Shown here piece after piece: positions 34,342 to 34,375 of a DNA stretch of 34,375 bases. Numbering within the stretch: position 1 is the stretch's first letter; every line of letters starts with the position of its first letter. Position numbers and translations under genes: made by a program. The stretch is taken from assembly GCA_964550005.1 (NCBI GenBank), contig CAZJWT010000001.1, positions 1 through 34,375 of the forward strand, read 5' to 3'. The notes under the pieces were generated by a model, which worked only from the letters and a program-made list of their open reading frames with translations, was not told the origin of the DNA and made no database searches. The DNA comes from an uncultured Clostridia bacterium (GTDB lineage: Bacteria > UBA6262 > WVXT01).

Positions 34342-34364
34342 GGCCGACCAAGGTCGGCCACTAC
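34342..34364 (-). repeat. REP
   Basis: ggccgacc-aa-ggtcggcc + actac. The sequence that follows, ggtgggcga, looks like the start of another unit cut by the window edge. Confidence 0.75.
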
Positions 34365-34375
34365 GCGGTGGGCGA

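Overview
This 34.4 kb window comes from a diderm (Gram-negative-type) bacterium, probably uncultivated, and I cannot place it more precisely from sequence alone. All 29 genes I can support lie on the minus strand. From high to low coordinate they are a PUR-like nucleic-acid-binding protein, MTA phosphorylase, a Clp1-family polynucleotide kinase and a HAD hydrolase. Next comes an all-exported envelope block: a PLD/Nuc-type nuclease, a signal-peptide tandem-SpoVG protein, a CBM-like protein with a T9SS-type C-terminal domain, a FadL/PorV-like barrel, a helix-hairpin-helix protein fused to a large barrel-like domain, and a second FadL/PorV-like barrel. After that come a FAH-family hydrolase, comEC, argB, a GT2/LAB_N/GT39 lipid-linked glycosylation cassette, argD, argG, argH, a complete DapL-route lysine pathway (lysA, dapF, dapA, dapB, dapL), folK, panC, nadA, nadB and the 5' part of uvrA. 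I found no rRNA, tRNA, CRISPR array, transposase or integrase. Two things stand out. First, the exported block combines three nucleic-acid-related domains and sits 1.4 kb from comEC. I propose it, as inference only, as a candidate extracellular-DNA capture, uptake or scavenging system. Second, almost every intergenic gap longer than about 50 bp is filled with a modular mosaic of GC-rich palindromic elements. These include REP-like hairpins with a conserved GTAG(G) head and compensatory stem changes, a 68-72 nt multi-hairpin element, MITE-like units with 13-bp terminal inverted repeats, nested insertions and variable heptamer tracts. These repeats also generate most of the spurious small ORFs in the supplied track. 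All protein calls rest on motifs I recognise in the translations; no database search was run.
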